A stretch of 64,000 bases of DNA, taken from an uncultured Trueperaceae bacterium (GTDB lineage: Bacteria; Deinococcota; Deinococci; Deinococcales; Trueperaceae). The position numbers were made by a program, and so were the translations under genes. Position 1 is the stretch's first letter. Each line of letters opens with the position of its first letter. The notes under the pieces were generated by a model. It had not been told where the DNA came from and searched no databases. It saw nothing but the letters and a program-made list of their open reading frames with translations. Of the stretch, positions 43,816 to 52,880 are shown piece by piece. The DNA lies in the NCBI GenBank assembly GCA_963727505.1, contig CAVSGP010000002.1, positions 128,001 to 192,000 on the forward strand, given 5' to 3'.

Positions 43816-46068
43816 GTGCCGGAACACGAGTTGCTCGAACCCCTGAACGACGAACAACGTGCTGCCGTACGCCACTTCCAGGGACCCGCGCTGGTCCTGG
43901 CTGGGGCGGGGTCGGGCAAGACCCGCACGGTGGTGCACCGCATCGCCTACCTGATGGCCGAGCACGGGGTGTACCCCCAGCAGATCCTCGCTGTGACCTT
44001 CACCAACAAGGCGGCCGGGGAGCTGAAGGAACGGGTCGCGGCGCTCATCGGCGAGCCCGCGCGCGACCTGTGGGTCGCCACCTTCCACAGTGCCTGCCTG
44101 CGGGTGCTGCGCAGCTACGGCGAGCGCATCGGCCTGCAACCCGGCTTCGGGATCTACGACGACGCCGATCAGCTCGATCTCCTCAAAGAGCTCCTCCAGC
44201 AGGTGCAGGGCCTCAAGGACGCCAACCCGCGGTCGCTGCGCGGCGTGATCGATCGCGCCAAGTCGCACCTGTGGTCGCCGCAGCAGCTCGCTACCGAGGG
44301 CGAGCAGGCGTTCGGCCGCATCGTCGCGGGCGTGCCGCTGGAGCACGTAGTGGAGGTGTACGAGCGCTACCAGGCGCGCCTCGAGCGGGCCAACGCGGTC
44401 GACTTCAACGACATCCTGGGCCGCACCGTGGAGCTGTTCGAGGGCCACCCCGACGTGCTCGAGCGCGTTCAACAGCGGGCCGTGTTCATCCACGTCGACG
44501 AGTACCAGGACACCAACCAGGCGCAGTACCGCCTCACCCACCTGCTCGCCGACACCTACCGCAACCTGATGGTGGTGGGCGATCCCGACCAGAGCATCTA
44601 CGCCTTCCGGGGTGCCGACGTGCGCAACATCCTCGACTTCCAGCGCGACTACGAGGACGCCGCGGTATACCGGCTCGAGCTCAACTACCGCTCGGTGGGC
44701 AGCGTGCTCGAGGTCGCCAACGCCGTCATCCTGCACAACCAGGGGCGGCTGGAGAAGAACCTCCGGCCGATCAAGGGCGCGGGCGCCAAGGTACGCCTCT
44801 ACCGCGCCGCCGACCACCGCGCCGAGGCCGACTTCGTAGCCCGCACCGTGGAGCGGCTGGCCGCCGAGCGCGACCTTCGGCTGGACGACGTCGCGGTGCT
44901 CTACCGCACCAACGCCCAGTCGCGGGTACTGGAGGAGTCCCTGCGGCGCGCCGGGCTGAGCGCGCGGATCGTGGGCGGGGTGGGCTTCTACGAGCGTCGC
45001 GAGGTGAAGGACGTGCTGAGCTATGCGCGCGCCGCGCTCAATGCCTCCGACGACGTCTCCTGGCGCCGCATCCTCAACCGGCCCAAGCGCGGCATCGGCA
45101 AGACTTCGGAGGACAAGCTCGTGGCGTGGGCGGCCCGCAAGCGCGTGCCCTTCTCCGAAGCGCTCAAGCACGTGGATGACGCGCTCAACGGCACCCCTGC
45201 CGTCAAGCGCGTGCAGGACTTCCTGGAGCTGATGAACGATCTGACGCGCGAAGCCGAGGAGCTGCCGGCCGCGAATTTCCTCAAGGCGGTGATGGACCAG
45301 TCGGGGACCATGCGTGCGTTCAAGGAGGAGGGCAGCTACGAAGCCCAGGGGCGGCTCGAGAACCTCGAGGAGCTCCTGAACGCCGTAGCGGAGTGGCAGG
45401 AGGAGTCCGGCGGCTCCATCGCCGAGTTCCTGGACGAGGCGTCGCTCATGAGCAGCGTCGACGACCGAGCGGTCGAAGCGGTCAACGGCGAGGTCGAGGA
45501 CGATGCGGTCACCCTGATGACGCTCCACAACGCCAAGGGGCTCGAGTTCCCGGTGGTGTTCCTGGTCGGCATGGAGGAGAACCTCATCCCCCACCGCAGC
45601 TCGACGGGCAACCTCCAGGAGATCGAGGAGGAGCGGCGTCTGCTCTACGTCGGCATCACCCGGGCGCAAGAGGATCTCACCCTGGTCCACTGCGAGGCGC
45701 GCATGACCTTCGGTCGCACCGAGATCGCGCGCCCGAGCCGCTTCCTGGAGGACATCCCGAACGGGATGCTGCAGGAGGTCGACATCTTCGGCCAGGAGCT
45801 GGCGGACGCGCGCCACCTCGCCAAGAGCCTGCGGCAGCGCTGGAAGCCGCCCAGCGCCCCCGCTTCGGCCTCTGCCGCGGCAGCCGCCGGCGCGGCGACC
45901 GCGGGACTCAGCTACCGGGGCGGCGAGAAGGTACGCCATCCCAAGTTCGGGCTCGGCACCGTGGTCGGGGTGAGCGGCGAGGGCGCGCGCGCCGAGGTGA
46001 CGGTGGTCTTCGACAGCGCCGGGGCCAAGCGCCTCCTGGCGAAGTACGCCAACCTCAGCGCGGCCTGA
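43816..46068 (+). CDS. pcrA: PcrA/UvrD ATP-dependent DNA helicase
   Basis: AGAGSGKT, TFTNKAA, DEYQDTN, GDPDQSIY, NYRS, YRTNAQSR, KGLEFP, EERRL.YV; C-terminal HPKFG domain. Confidence 0.96.
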   Translation: MPEHELLEPLNDEQRAAVRHFQGPALVLAGAGSGKTRTVVHRIAYLMAEHGVYPQQILAVTFTNKAAGELKERVAALIGEPARDLWVATFHSACLRVLRSYGERIGLQPGFGIYDDADQLDLLKELLQQVQGLKDANPRSLRGVIDRAKSHLWSPQQLATEGEQAFGRIVAGVPLEHVVEVYERYQARLERANAVDFNDILGRTVELFEGHPDVLERVQQRAVFIHVDEYQDTNQAQYRLTHLLADTYRNLMVVGDPDQSIYAFRGADVRNILDFQRDYEDAAVYRLELNYRSVGSVLEVANAVILHNQGRLEKNLRPIKGAGAKVRLYRAADHRAEADFVARTVERLAAERDLRLDDVAVLYRTNAQSRVLEESLRRAGLSARIVGGVGFYERREVKDVLSYARAALNASDDVSWRRILNRPKRGIGKTSEDKLVAWAARKRVPFSEALKHVDDALNGTPAVKRVQDFLELMNDLTREAEELPAANFLKAVMDQSGTMRAFKEEGSYEAQGRLENLEELLNAVAEWQEESGGSIAEFLDEASLMSSVDDRAVEAVNGEVEDDAVTLMTLHNAKGLEFPVVFLVGMEENLIPHRSSTGNLQEIEEERRLLYVGITRAQEDLTLVHCEARMTFGRTEIARPSRFLEDIPNGMLQEVDIFGQELADARHLAKSLRQRWKPPSAPASASAAAAAGAATAGLSYRGGEKVRHPKFGLGTVVGVSGEGARAEVTVVFDSAGAKRLLAKYANLSAA

Positions 46069-46221
46069 ACACAGCCGCTTCTCGCCCTCCCCGAGGACGT
46101 TCCCGTGCTGGCTTCATCGCCGACCGGGAGCGCTCCCGGCGGTGGTATAGTTCCCCAAGTCCGCGGGAAGACGCGTCGTTTCGGTGCCCCGCCGGGCGCC
46201 GGCCGAGGAGGAGCAGCTACT

Positions 46222-47031
46222 GTGAACGCTAGAGCCATCGTCGTGACGTCCGGCAAGGGCGGCGTCGGCAAGACGACCACGACTGCCAACGTTGGCGCGG
46301 CGCTCGCCCGGCAGGGGGAGAAGGTCTGCGTCATCGACACCGATGTGGGCCTGCGCAACCTCGACGTGGTGATGGGGCTCGAAGGTCGCGTGGTGTTCGA
46401 TCTGATCGACGTGTTCGAGGGTCGTTGCCGGCTGCGCCAGGCCCTGGTCCGCGACAAGCGCGTCGACACCCTCCACCTTCTCCCTGCCTCGCAGACCAGC
46501 GACAAGAGCGCGCTCTCCGAATCACGCATGCACGAGACGGTCCGCCTCCTCACCGAGGAGGAAGGCTTCGACCGCGTCATCATCGACAGCCCGGCCGGCA
46601 TCGAGTCCGGCTTCCAGACCGCGGCCAGCGCCGCGGACGGCGCGTTGGTGGTCGTCAATCCCGAGGTGTCGAGCGTGCGCGACGCCGACCGCATCATCGG
46701 GCTTCTCGAGGCGCGCGACATCTCCGACATCCGGCTGGTGGTGAACCGGCTGCGGCCCGAGATGGTCAAGCGCGGCGACATGCTCGAGGTCGACGACGTC
46801 CTCGACATCCTCGGGGTCAAGCTGATCGGCATCGTTCCCGAGGACGAACGCATCCTGGTCTCCACCAACGTCGGCAGCCCGGCCGCCCTCGACGAGGCGA
46901 CCCGCAACGGTGCTGGCGGCGCCTTCCGCGACATCGCCAGCCGCATCCGGGGCGAGGACGTACCGTACGCCCAGCTTCAAGCCCAGGGGCGCTTCTTCAC
47001 GGGGCTCCGGCGGTTGTTTGGAGGCAACTGA
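46222..47031 (+). CDS. minD: Septum site-determining protein MinD
   Basis: TSGKGGVGKTT, GLRNLD, DSPAGIE, PEVSSVRDADR; C-terminal amphipathic FFTGLRRLFG; TATAGT at 46146; GAGGAGG RBS. Confidence 0.97.
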   Translation: MNARAIVVTSGKGGVGKTTTTANVGAALARQGEKVCVIDTDVGLRNLDVVMGLEGRVVFDLIDVFEGRCRLRQALVRDKRVDTLHLLPASQTSDKSALSESRMHETVRLLTEEEGFDRVIIDSPAGIESGFQTAASAADGALVVVNPEVSSVRDADRIIGLLEARDISDIRLVVNRLRPEMVKRGDMLEVDDVLDILGVKLIGIVPEDERILVSTNVGSPAALDEATRNGAGGAFRDIASRIRGEDVPYAQLQAQGRFFTGLRRLFGGN

Positions 47032-47273
47032 TGTTCGGTCTCTTCGGGCGCAAGCGCAGCAAGGACCACGTCAAGGAACGCCTCAAGCTGGTGCTCTCGT
47101 ACGACCGGGCCAAGCTCTCGCCCGGCCGCATGGAGCAGCTCAAGCAGGAGCTGATGGGCGTCATCACCAAGTACTTCCCTGCCGCCGAGTCGGATTACGA
47201 CGTGAAGCTCGAGCAGCACGGCGACCGCATGGTGTTCGTCGCCAACCTCCCGCTCTCGCAGGCCGACGCCTAG
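47031..47273 (+). CDS. minE: Cell division topological specificity factor MinE
   Basis: KERLKLVLSYDR, ELMGVITKY, ANLP; TGATG coupling with minD. Confidence 0.95.
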   Translation: MFGLFGRKRSKDHVKERLKLVLSYDRAKLSPGRMEQLKQELMGVITKYFPAAESDYDVKLEQHGDRMVFVANLPLSQADA

Positions 47274-47286
47274 CACCCTGCGGCCT

Positions 47287-48045
47287 TCAGGTCGAGTGTC
47301 GCCCGCCCCGGCCCGATAGCGCGTACCGCACCCCGGTCGCCACCAGCAACACCGCGAACAACCACCGCAGGGTGTCGTTGGGAAGCGCCAGCGCCACACG
47401 GCCGCCCAGGTAGGCGCCCCCCGCCACGCCGAAGGCCAGGACCGGCGCCACACGCAGGTCCACGTGGCCGTGCCGCAGGTGCTGCAGGCTCCCGGCCAGC
47501 GCCGCCGGCACCATCACCGCCAGACTGGTTCCCTGCGCCGTGTGTTGCCCCACGCCGAACAGCAGCACCAGCAGCGGGACCATCACCGAGCCGCCGCCCA
47601 CCCCCAGCAGACCGGACACCGCACCCGCCAACAGGCCCGTGCCGAGACCGAGCGGCAGCGCCCAGGCCGCGGCGACCGCGTGGGCCGGCACCAGCGCGTC
47701 GAAGGGCAGGCTGGCGCCGGTGACGATGACGAGGACGCCGAAGACGCGCCGCAGCGCTCGCGCCGGCACGCGCGGGCTCAGACCCGCCGCCAGCGACGAG
47801 CCCACGATGGAGGCGCACGCCAGCGCCAGCGCCAGCCGCACCGCCACCGCGCCTCCGAGGGCGTAAGGGATCACGCCGACCAGCCCCGTGAGCACCACCG
47901 CCACCAGGCTGGTGCCGTGGGCACGGTGCTGCGACAGCCCCAACCAGGCGCCCAGTAGCGGCACCATCACCACGCCGCCCCCGAGACCCCCGATGCCACC
48001 GAAGATGCCGGCGGCGACGCCGATCAGCAGTCCCTGCCACGCCAT
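47287..48045 (-). CDS. Sulfite exporter TauE/SafE family
   Basis: Two repeats of G..G.GGG..MVP and A.GTSL; leaderless TACCAT-7-ATG. Confidence 0.9.
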   Translation of the reverse strand: MAWQGLLIGVAAGIFGGIGGLGGGVVMVPLLGAWLGLSQHRAHGTSLVAVVLTGLVGVIPYALGGAVAVRLALALACASIVGSSLAAGLSPRVPARALRRVFGVLVIVTGASLPFDALVPAHAVAAAWALPLGLGTGLLAGAVSGLLGVGGGSVMVPLLVLLFGVGQHTAQGTSLAVMVPAALAGSLQHLRHGHVDLRVAPVLAFGVAGGAYLGGRVALALPNDTLRWLFAVLLVATGVRYALSGRGGRHST

Positions 48046-48093
48046 GCGGGCCATGGTACAGCAGGAGCGCATGGTATCCTCGAAGGCGTAGCC

Positions 48094-48960
48094 ATGCCCT
48101 CCCGAACGATCCTCCTGGTGGATGCTGACCCTCTGCAGCGTCAGCTCGTCGACATGCTGCTGGCCGAGGACGCTCCTACGGTCGTGAACGCCGGCACGGG
48201 GCGTGAGGCGCTCGAGTTCCTCAAAGAGCACACGCCGCACCTGGTGCTCATGGCGATCGAGCTCCCCGACATCGGCGGCGACGCGGTGTGCAGCAAGCTC
48301 AAGAGCGTCAGTCGCCTCGCGCGCGTGCCGGTGATCCTCACCCTCGACCCGCCGGGGCGCGCCGGCATCCCGCAAGACGTCCGCGAACGGGTCCGCTTGG
48401 TGGGTGCCGACCTGCTGATCCAGAAGCCGCTGGGCGACAAAGGGCTGCGCGACCGCGTCCGCCAGCTGCTGGCCCGCTGGGACGCCCCCGCCGTGGCCAC
48501 CGGCCGTTCCACCAAGAACACCGGCGTCATCGAGGAGGCGCTCGACGCCCTGAGCGCAACGGGCAGCGACGACGCGCAGGCGACGCCGCCGCCCGATCCC
48601 ATCACCGACGCGCTCTACCGGGAGAACGAAGAGCTGCGGCAGGAGGTGGCCTCGCTCAAGCGCCGGCTGGCGCGGTTCGAGGCCGGTCTATCCGGGGTTG
48701 ACGACGCCACCGAGCCGGCACCGGACATCGTAGCGGGATCCGAGCCCGCGATGCCGGCGCAGCCCGCGGCGCCCGACGACCCCGAGGAGCCGCCTGCCGG
48801 GCGCCCCGGCGACGTGCCCGAGAGCACCGTCGAAACGCTGGAGCATCGCGTGCGGGAGCTCGAACGCCGCAACAAGGCCCTGCGGGCCGCGCTCGAGGAA
48901 GCGGAGGCTCACGGTGAGGAGAACCAGGGCCGCGGGCTCTTCAAGCGGCGCCGACCCTGA
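48094..48960 (+). CDS. Atypical (Asp-less) receiver domain protein with C-terminal coiled coils
   Basis: ILLVD, GREAL, LVLMAIELP, VPVI, GAD..QKP; heptad segments LYRENEELRQEVASLKRRL and LEHRVRELERRNKALRAAL. Confidence 0.85.
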   Translation: MPSRTILLVDADPLQRQLVDMLLAEDAPTVVNAGTGREALEFLKEHTPHLVLMAIELPDIGGDAVCSKLKSVSRLARVPVILTLDPPGRAGIPQDVRERVRLVGADLLIQKPLGDKGLRDRVRQLLARWDAPAVATGRSTKNTGVIEEALDALSATGSDDAQATPPPDPITDALYRENEELRQEVASLKRRLARFEAGLSGVDDATEPAPDIVAGSEPAMPAQPAAPDDPEEPPAGRPGDVPESTVETLEHRVRELERRNKALRAALEEAEAHGEENQGRGLFKRRRP

Positions 48961-49022
48961 GGCGCGGATGGCGACGTGCGGATGCTGAAATGCGGAGCGC
49001 CCGGCGCGAACGCCGCGCGCGG

Positions 49023-49385
49023 CTAGGTTGCGGCGGGCTCGCTCACTTCGTCGACTTCGGGCAGGTGCGTCAGCGCCCAGCCGCGGATCGACTCGATGAC
49101 GTTCTCGAGCGCCAGGCCGGCCTCCGTGAGATCGTAACTGCAACGCGGCGGCGTCACGGAGTGCACGGTCTTGTAGACCAGCCCCCGCGACTCCAGCCGG
49201 CACAGGCGCTGCGTCAGGGTGGTCGGGTTGCAGCCCCCCACCTCGCGACCCAGCTCGTTGAAGCCCTTCGGGCCTCCGAGCAGGGAATGCACGATATGGA
49301 GCACCCACTTCTCTTGCAGGATCTCGATCGCTGCGCCTGCAGGGCAGCTTCGCACATCGTGTGGGTCGTGGCAGCGCTCGTTCAT
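49023..49385 (-). CDS. HxlR/DUF24 winged-helix regulator
   Basis: CP...AIEILQEKW, F.EL, TLTQRL..LE..GLV, PPR..Y.LTEAG; -10 TAGATT 12 nt upstream. Confidence 0.9.
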   Translation of the reverse strand: MNERCHDPHDVRSCPAGAAIEILQEKWVLHIVHSLLGGPKGFNELGREVGGCNPTTLTQRLCRLESRGLVYKTVHSVTPPRCSYDLTEAGLALENVIESIRGWALTHLPEVDEVSEPAAT

Positions 49386-49569
49386 GACTATGTTTTGAAT
49401 CTAGCACGTACTCCCGGGCGCCCGACCCCGCCAGCCAACATGCGTCGGACACGGCACGAACGCCGTCCAACGAAGGGACGTACCTCCCTCTCGATCGCCT
49501 CGGGCCGGTGCTACACTACGCTCACCAGGCGACCTCGCGACCTCTGGCGAAGGGCCCGAAGGGAGCACC

Positions 49570-50112
49570 ATGAACATCTACAAACTCATCGGTCGCAATA
49601 TCGACATCACCGACTCCATGCGCCAGTACGCCGAGGACAAGTTGCAGAAGCTCGACCGCTTCTCCGACCAGATCGTGGACGCCCGTGTGGTGATGTCCTA
49701 CGACGGCAAGGCCACGGGCGCCAGCGGCGCGAACCCGGCGAAGGTCGAGGTGCAGGTCAACCTCGCCAACGGCATCGTGCGTGCCGAGGAGCGAGGCCAG
49801 GACACCTACGCCGCCATCGATCTGGTCGTCGACAAGCTCGAGCGGCAGCTCAAGAAGTTCAAGGGCCGCTTCATCGCCAAGCGCACCGAGGAGAAGCCGC
49901 AGCCCGAGCCCCCGGAGCCGGCCGAGACGGAGCCCGCGATCGTGCGCGTCAAGCGCCACGTGCTACGGCCGATGGCCCCGGAGGACGCCGCCATCCAGAT
50001 GGAGGCGCTCGGCCACACCTTCTTCATGTTCCACAACGCCGACACCGACGAGATCAGCGTCATCTACTTGCGAAGCGACGGCGACTACGGGCTGATCGAA
50101 CCCGCCAACTAG
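49570..50112 (+). CDS. hpf: Ribosome hibernation promoting factor (long HPF)
   Basis: MNIYKLIGRN, YAAID..DKLERQLKKFK, C-terminal PM.PEDA..QME.LGH.F..F; TG-C-TACACT promoter at 49509-49517. Confidence 0.95.
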   Translation: MNIYKLIGRNIDITDSMRQYAEDKLQKLDRFSDQIVDARVVMSYDGKATGASGANPAKVEVQVNLANGIVRAEERGQDTYAAIDLVVDKLERQLKKFKGRFIAKRTEEKPQPEPPEPAETEPAIVRVKRHVLRPMAPEDAAIQMEALGHTFFMFHNADTDEISVIYLRSDGDYGLIEPAN

Positions 50113-50145
50113 AGCGCTCCGGCGCCGCTCGTTCGCGAACCGCGC

Positions 50146-50745
50146 TCAGCGGTTGAGCACGGTTCCGCTGGGGACTGCGTATAGCGCGCGCAGCGTGGCG
50201 ACGTCTCGTTGGGAGATGCGGCCGGAGGGTGACGCCGACAGGGCGTCGCCGCTATAGGGGCTCCGGCCGATCATGCCCACCGCTTGGCCGAACGCCAGCA
50301 GCGCGTAGCGGTAGACCTGGTCCGGCTGGAAACGCGGGTCCAGGATGACCTCGGTGGCGTGGAACCGGTACTGGTTCTGCGCGTTGATGGTGAAGCCGTA
50401 GCGGTAACTGGCGACCTTGTCGGTGAGTTGCTGCCAGGTGACCGTGATGGCGTCGGGCGTGTCCTGCCCCACCACCACGAAGTTCAGGATATCGGGGGCA
50501 GCCTGCTGCCAGGCCTTGATGGCGCGGAGGACGGCGTCGCGCATGGCCTGGCCGTTGGCTTCGGGCGCCGGCGTCACGTACACCGCGATGGGCATGTCCT
50601 GCGAAAGGTAGTGCAACAACCGCGCCTGACCTCCCGTGCTCGAGGGGTCCGAGGCGATGTCGGAGAGATAGGTCGGGGGGCTCTGCTGGGCCGAAGCCAC
50701 GGCCAGCGCTACGAACGTGAACAGCAGGGCGAGAACTCGCCGCAT
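50146..50745 (-). CDS. Secreted matrixin (M10)-like protein lacking zinc ligands
   Basis: GGAGGTG RBS; signal peptide MRRVLALLFTFVALAVASA; AV.RAI..W, I.V.W, LAFGQAVGMIGRSP, ISQRDVATLRALY. Confidence 0.75.
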   Translation of the reverse strand: MRRVLALLFTFVALAVASAQQSPPTYLSDIASDPSSTGGQARLLHYLSQDMPIAVYVTPAPEANGQAMRDAVLRAIKAWQQAAPDILNFVVVGQDTPDAITVTWQQLTDKVASYRYGFTINAQNQYRFHATEVILDPRFQPDQVYRYALLAFGQAVGMIGRSPYSGDALSASPSGRISQRDVATLRALYAVPSGTVLNR

Positions 50746-50769
50746 CGCTACACCTCCACTGCGGCGCCT

Positions 50770-50990
50770 TGCTGCGCCGCAGGAACGCACCCACCGCAGC
50801 CCCCGCGAAGGCGAACCCTCCGACATGCGCCCACCACGCAACGGCGTAGGCGCCGGGCTGCACGAGCGCGACGTGGGTCGTGGCCCCGACCGACTGGACC
50901 AAACACCAGTAGCCGATGAGCAGCCACGCCGGACACCACAATAGGAAAAAGCGCGGCACCCGGGCGAACAGCGGCAACACGAGCCCGGGC
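50770..50990 (-). pseudogene. Remnant of a rhomboid intramembrane protease (C-terminal helices only)
   Basis: PAWLLIGYW.LVQ and VAWWAHVGGF..G present; no GxSG or N-terminal half; atypical T-rich codons. Confidence 0.65.
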
Positions 50991-51070
50991 AGCGCGCGGC
51001 GCAGATGGGCGCGGCGCAGATGGGCACGGCGCACTGGCAGCGTGGATCCGCGAGGCCCGCGGCGCGTGCG

Positions 51071-51745
51071 TCAGCCGCCGCGAGGGGTTGCCTCGACGTC
51101 CTCCAGTACCTGCCGCAGCTTGACCAGGCGGTGCGCCCCCACGACGCCGCGCACCATCGCGCCGTTGTAGATGATCGTGCCCTTCCCAACGATGGTGCCA
51201 GGCGCGAGTACGGCGTTGCAGCCGATCGACACGCCGTCGCCGAGTGCGGCGCCGAACTTCCGGACGCCGATGCCGCGACCATCGACCTTGACCTCCTCGC
51301 CGGTGGTCTTGAAGTTCGCGAGCTTCACGCCGGCGCCCAGGTTCACATCAGACCCGATGACGCTGTCGCCCACGTAGTTGAAGTGCGGAGCGCGAGCGCC
51401 ACCCAGGAGCACCGAGCGCTTCACCTCCGAGGCGTGCATCACCCTGGCGTCCGGCCCGAGCACGACGGGGCCCCGCAGGTACGCGGCATGCCCGACCTGT
51501 GCACCCGGCGCCATGTAGACCGGACCCTGGAGGTATGCGTAGGGCCCGATGCTGGCGCCCTCAGCCAGGTACAGCGGACCTTCGATGATCGCGGTCGGAT
51601 GCACGCTTCCCAAGCGCGCGGGGGACAGTTGCGACGCGAAGGCATCGAGCCGGTCGAGCACCTGCCAGGGCGACGCCACGTCGAGCAGCGCGCGCAGCGG
51701 CTCGGGAACCCGTGCGAGATCGAACAGCTCCGCTGTCGTCGGCAT
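51071..51745 (-). CDS. Hexapeptide-repeat acetyltransferase, stand-alone GlmU C-terminal-like domain
   Basis: PW..L, EVKRS, APHFNYVGDSVIG..VNLGAG..LAN, KFGA..GD...IGCNAVL.PG; leaderless TACACT-5-ATG. Confidence 0.82.
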   Translation of the reverse strand: MPTTAELFDLARVPEPLRALLDVASPWQVLDRLDAFASQLSPARLGSVHPTAIIEGPLYLAEGASIGPYAYLQGPVYMAPGAQVGHAAYLRGPVVLGPDARVMHASEVKRSVLLGGARAPHFNYVGDSVIGSDVNLGAGVKLANFKTTGEEVKVDGRGIGVRKFGAALGDGVSIGCNAVLAPGTIVGKGTIIYNGAMVRGVVGAHRLVKLRQVLEDVEATPRGG

Positions 51746-51871
51746 GCCCCAGTGTAGCCTCCGGCCACCCTCGGGCCGCGAGCGCCGGCCGTGCCCGCCG
51801 GCCCTGCCCGCCGGCCGTGAGAGCCCGGCGTTTCCGCCCGCCGGCCCCGACGGGATAGAATCGGCGCGGCC

Positions 51872-52741
51872 GTGCTCCATCTGATCTATAACCCCGTCGC
51901 CGGGCGAGGCCGGGCGAACGCCGCGCTGGTGCAGACGCGGGCGTTCCTGGACGCCCGCTCGGTGCCGTACCGGGTCCTGTCGACGGAGGCGCCGCGGCAC
52001 GCCACACAGCTCGCCCTGGACACGCCTCCGGACGCGACGGTGGTGGCCGTCGGCGGCGACGGCACGGCCCACGAGGTGGCCCGCGCCTGCGTCGGCACGG
52101 AGCGCACGCTGGGCGTGCTCCCGGTCGGTTCCGGCGACGACTTCGCCTTCGCGCTGGGCATGCACCGGAACGATCTGGCGGGCGCGTTGGAGCGACTGAT
52201 CGCCGGCGAGGTCCGCCTCGTCGACACCGGCCGCGTGAACGGCGAGCCCTTCGTGAACGCGGCCGGCGTGGGATTCGACGCCGACGTCGCCACTCGGGTC
52301 GCGGGCGCGCCGCGCCGGCTCCGCGGGCTGGCGGCCTACCTCTGGGCCGTCATGACCGCCCTCGGCGCGCTGGACGCTGCACCGGTCGAGGTCTGGGTCG
52401 ACGGCGAGCGGGTCTACGCAGGCCGCTCGCTGCTCGTGTCCACCCATCTCGGCCCACGCACCGGCGGGAGCTTCCTGTTCGCCCCCGACGCGTCGCTCAC
52501 CGATGGCTTGTTCGAGGTGCTGGTGGCCGGCGGCCTGGGCCGCCTGGGCACGCTGGCGCTGCTGCCGCGCGTCATGCGGGGCGCCCACCTGGACCACCCG
52601 GCGGTCCATCTGTTCCGCGGACGTCACGTAGAGCTTCGCTGGGAACGCGACCAACCCGGCCATGCGGAAGGCGAGCCGCTCGCGGCCGCGCGCACGTTCC
52701 GCCTCGACCTGGCGCCGGCGTCGCTGCGCGTCCTGACTTGA
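51872..52741 (+). CDS. Diacylglycerol/lipid kinase (YegS/BmrU family)
   Basis: NPVAG, GGDGT..EV, LP.GSG.DFA, G.GFDA, DGLF. Confidence 0.9.
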   Translation: MLHLIYNPVAGRGRANAALVQTRAFLDARSVPYRVLSTEAPRHATQLALDTPPDATVVAVGGDGTAHEVARACVGTERTLGVLPVGSGDDFAFALGMHRNDLAGALERLIAGEVRLVDTGRVNGEPFVNAAGVGFDADVATRVAGAPRRLRGLAAYLWAVMTALGALDAAPVEVWVDGERVYAGRSLLVSTHLGPRTGGSFLFAPDASLTDGLFEVLVAGGLGRLGTLALLPRVMRGAHLDHPAVHLFRGRHVELRWERDQPGHAEGEPLAAARTFRLDLAPASLRVLT

Positions 52742-52815
52742 GGCCTCGGCCCGGCACGACCGCGCCGGGCGGACGTGCGCTCCGCGCCCACCGTGCCTAC
52801 CACCGCGCCAACACG

Positions 52816-52845
52816 AACGGGGCCCCGCTTTCGCGGGGCCCCGTT
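52816..52845. terminator. Bidirectional terminator between the lipid kinase gene and slpA
   Basis: AACGGGGCCCCGC-TTTC-GCGGGGCCCCGTT, a perfect 13-bp stem between convergent genes. Confidence 0.88.
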
Positions 52846-52880
52846 GTTGGCGTGTCTACGCCGAGTGTCCTACGCCGTGA

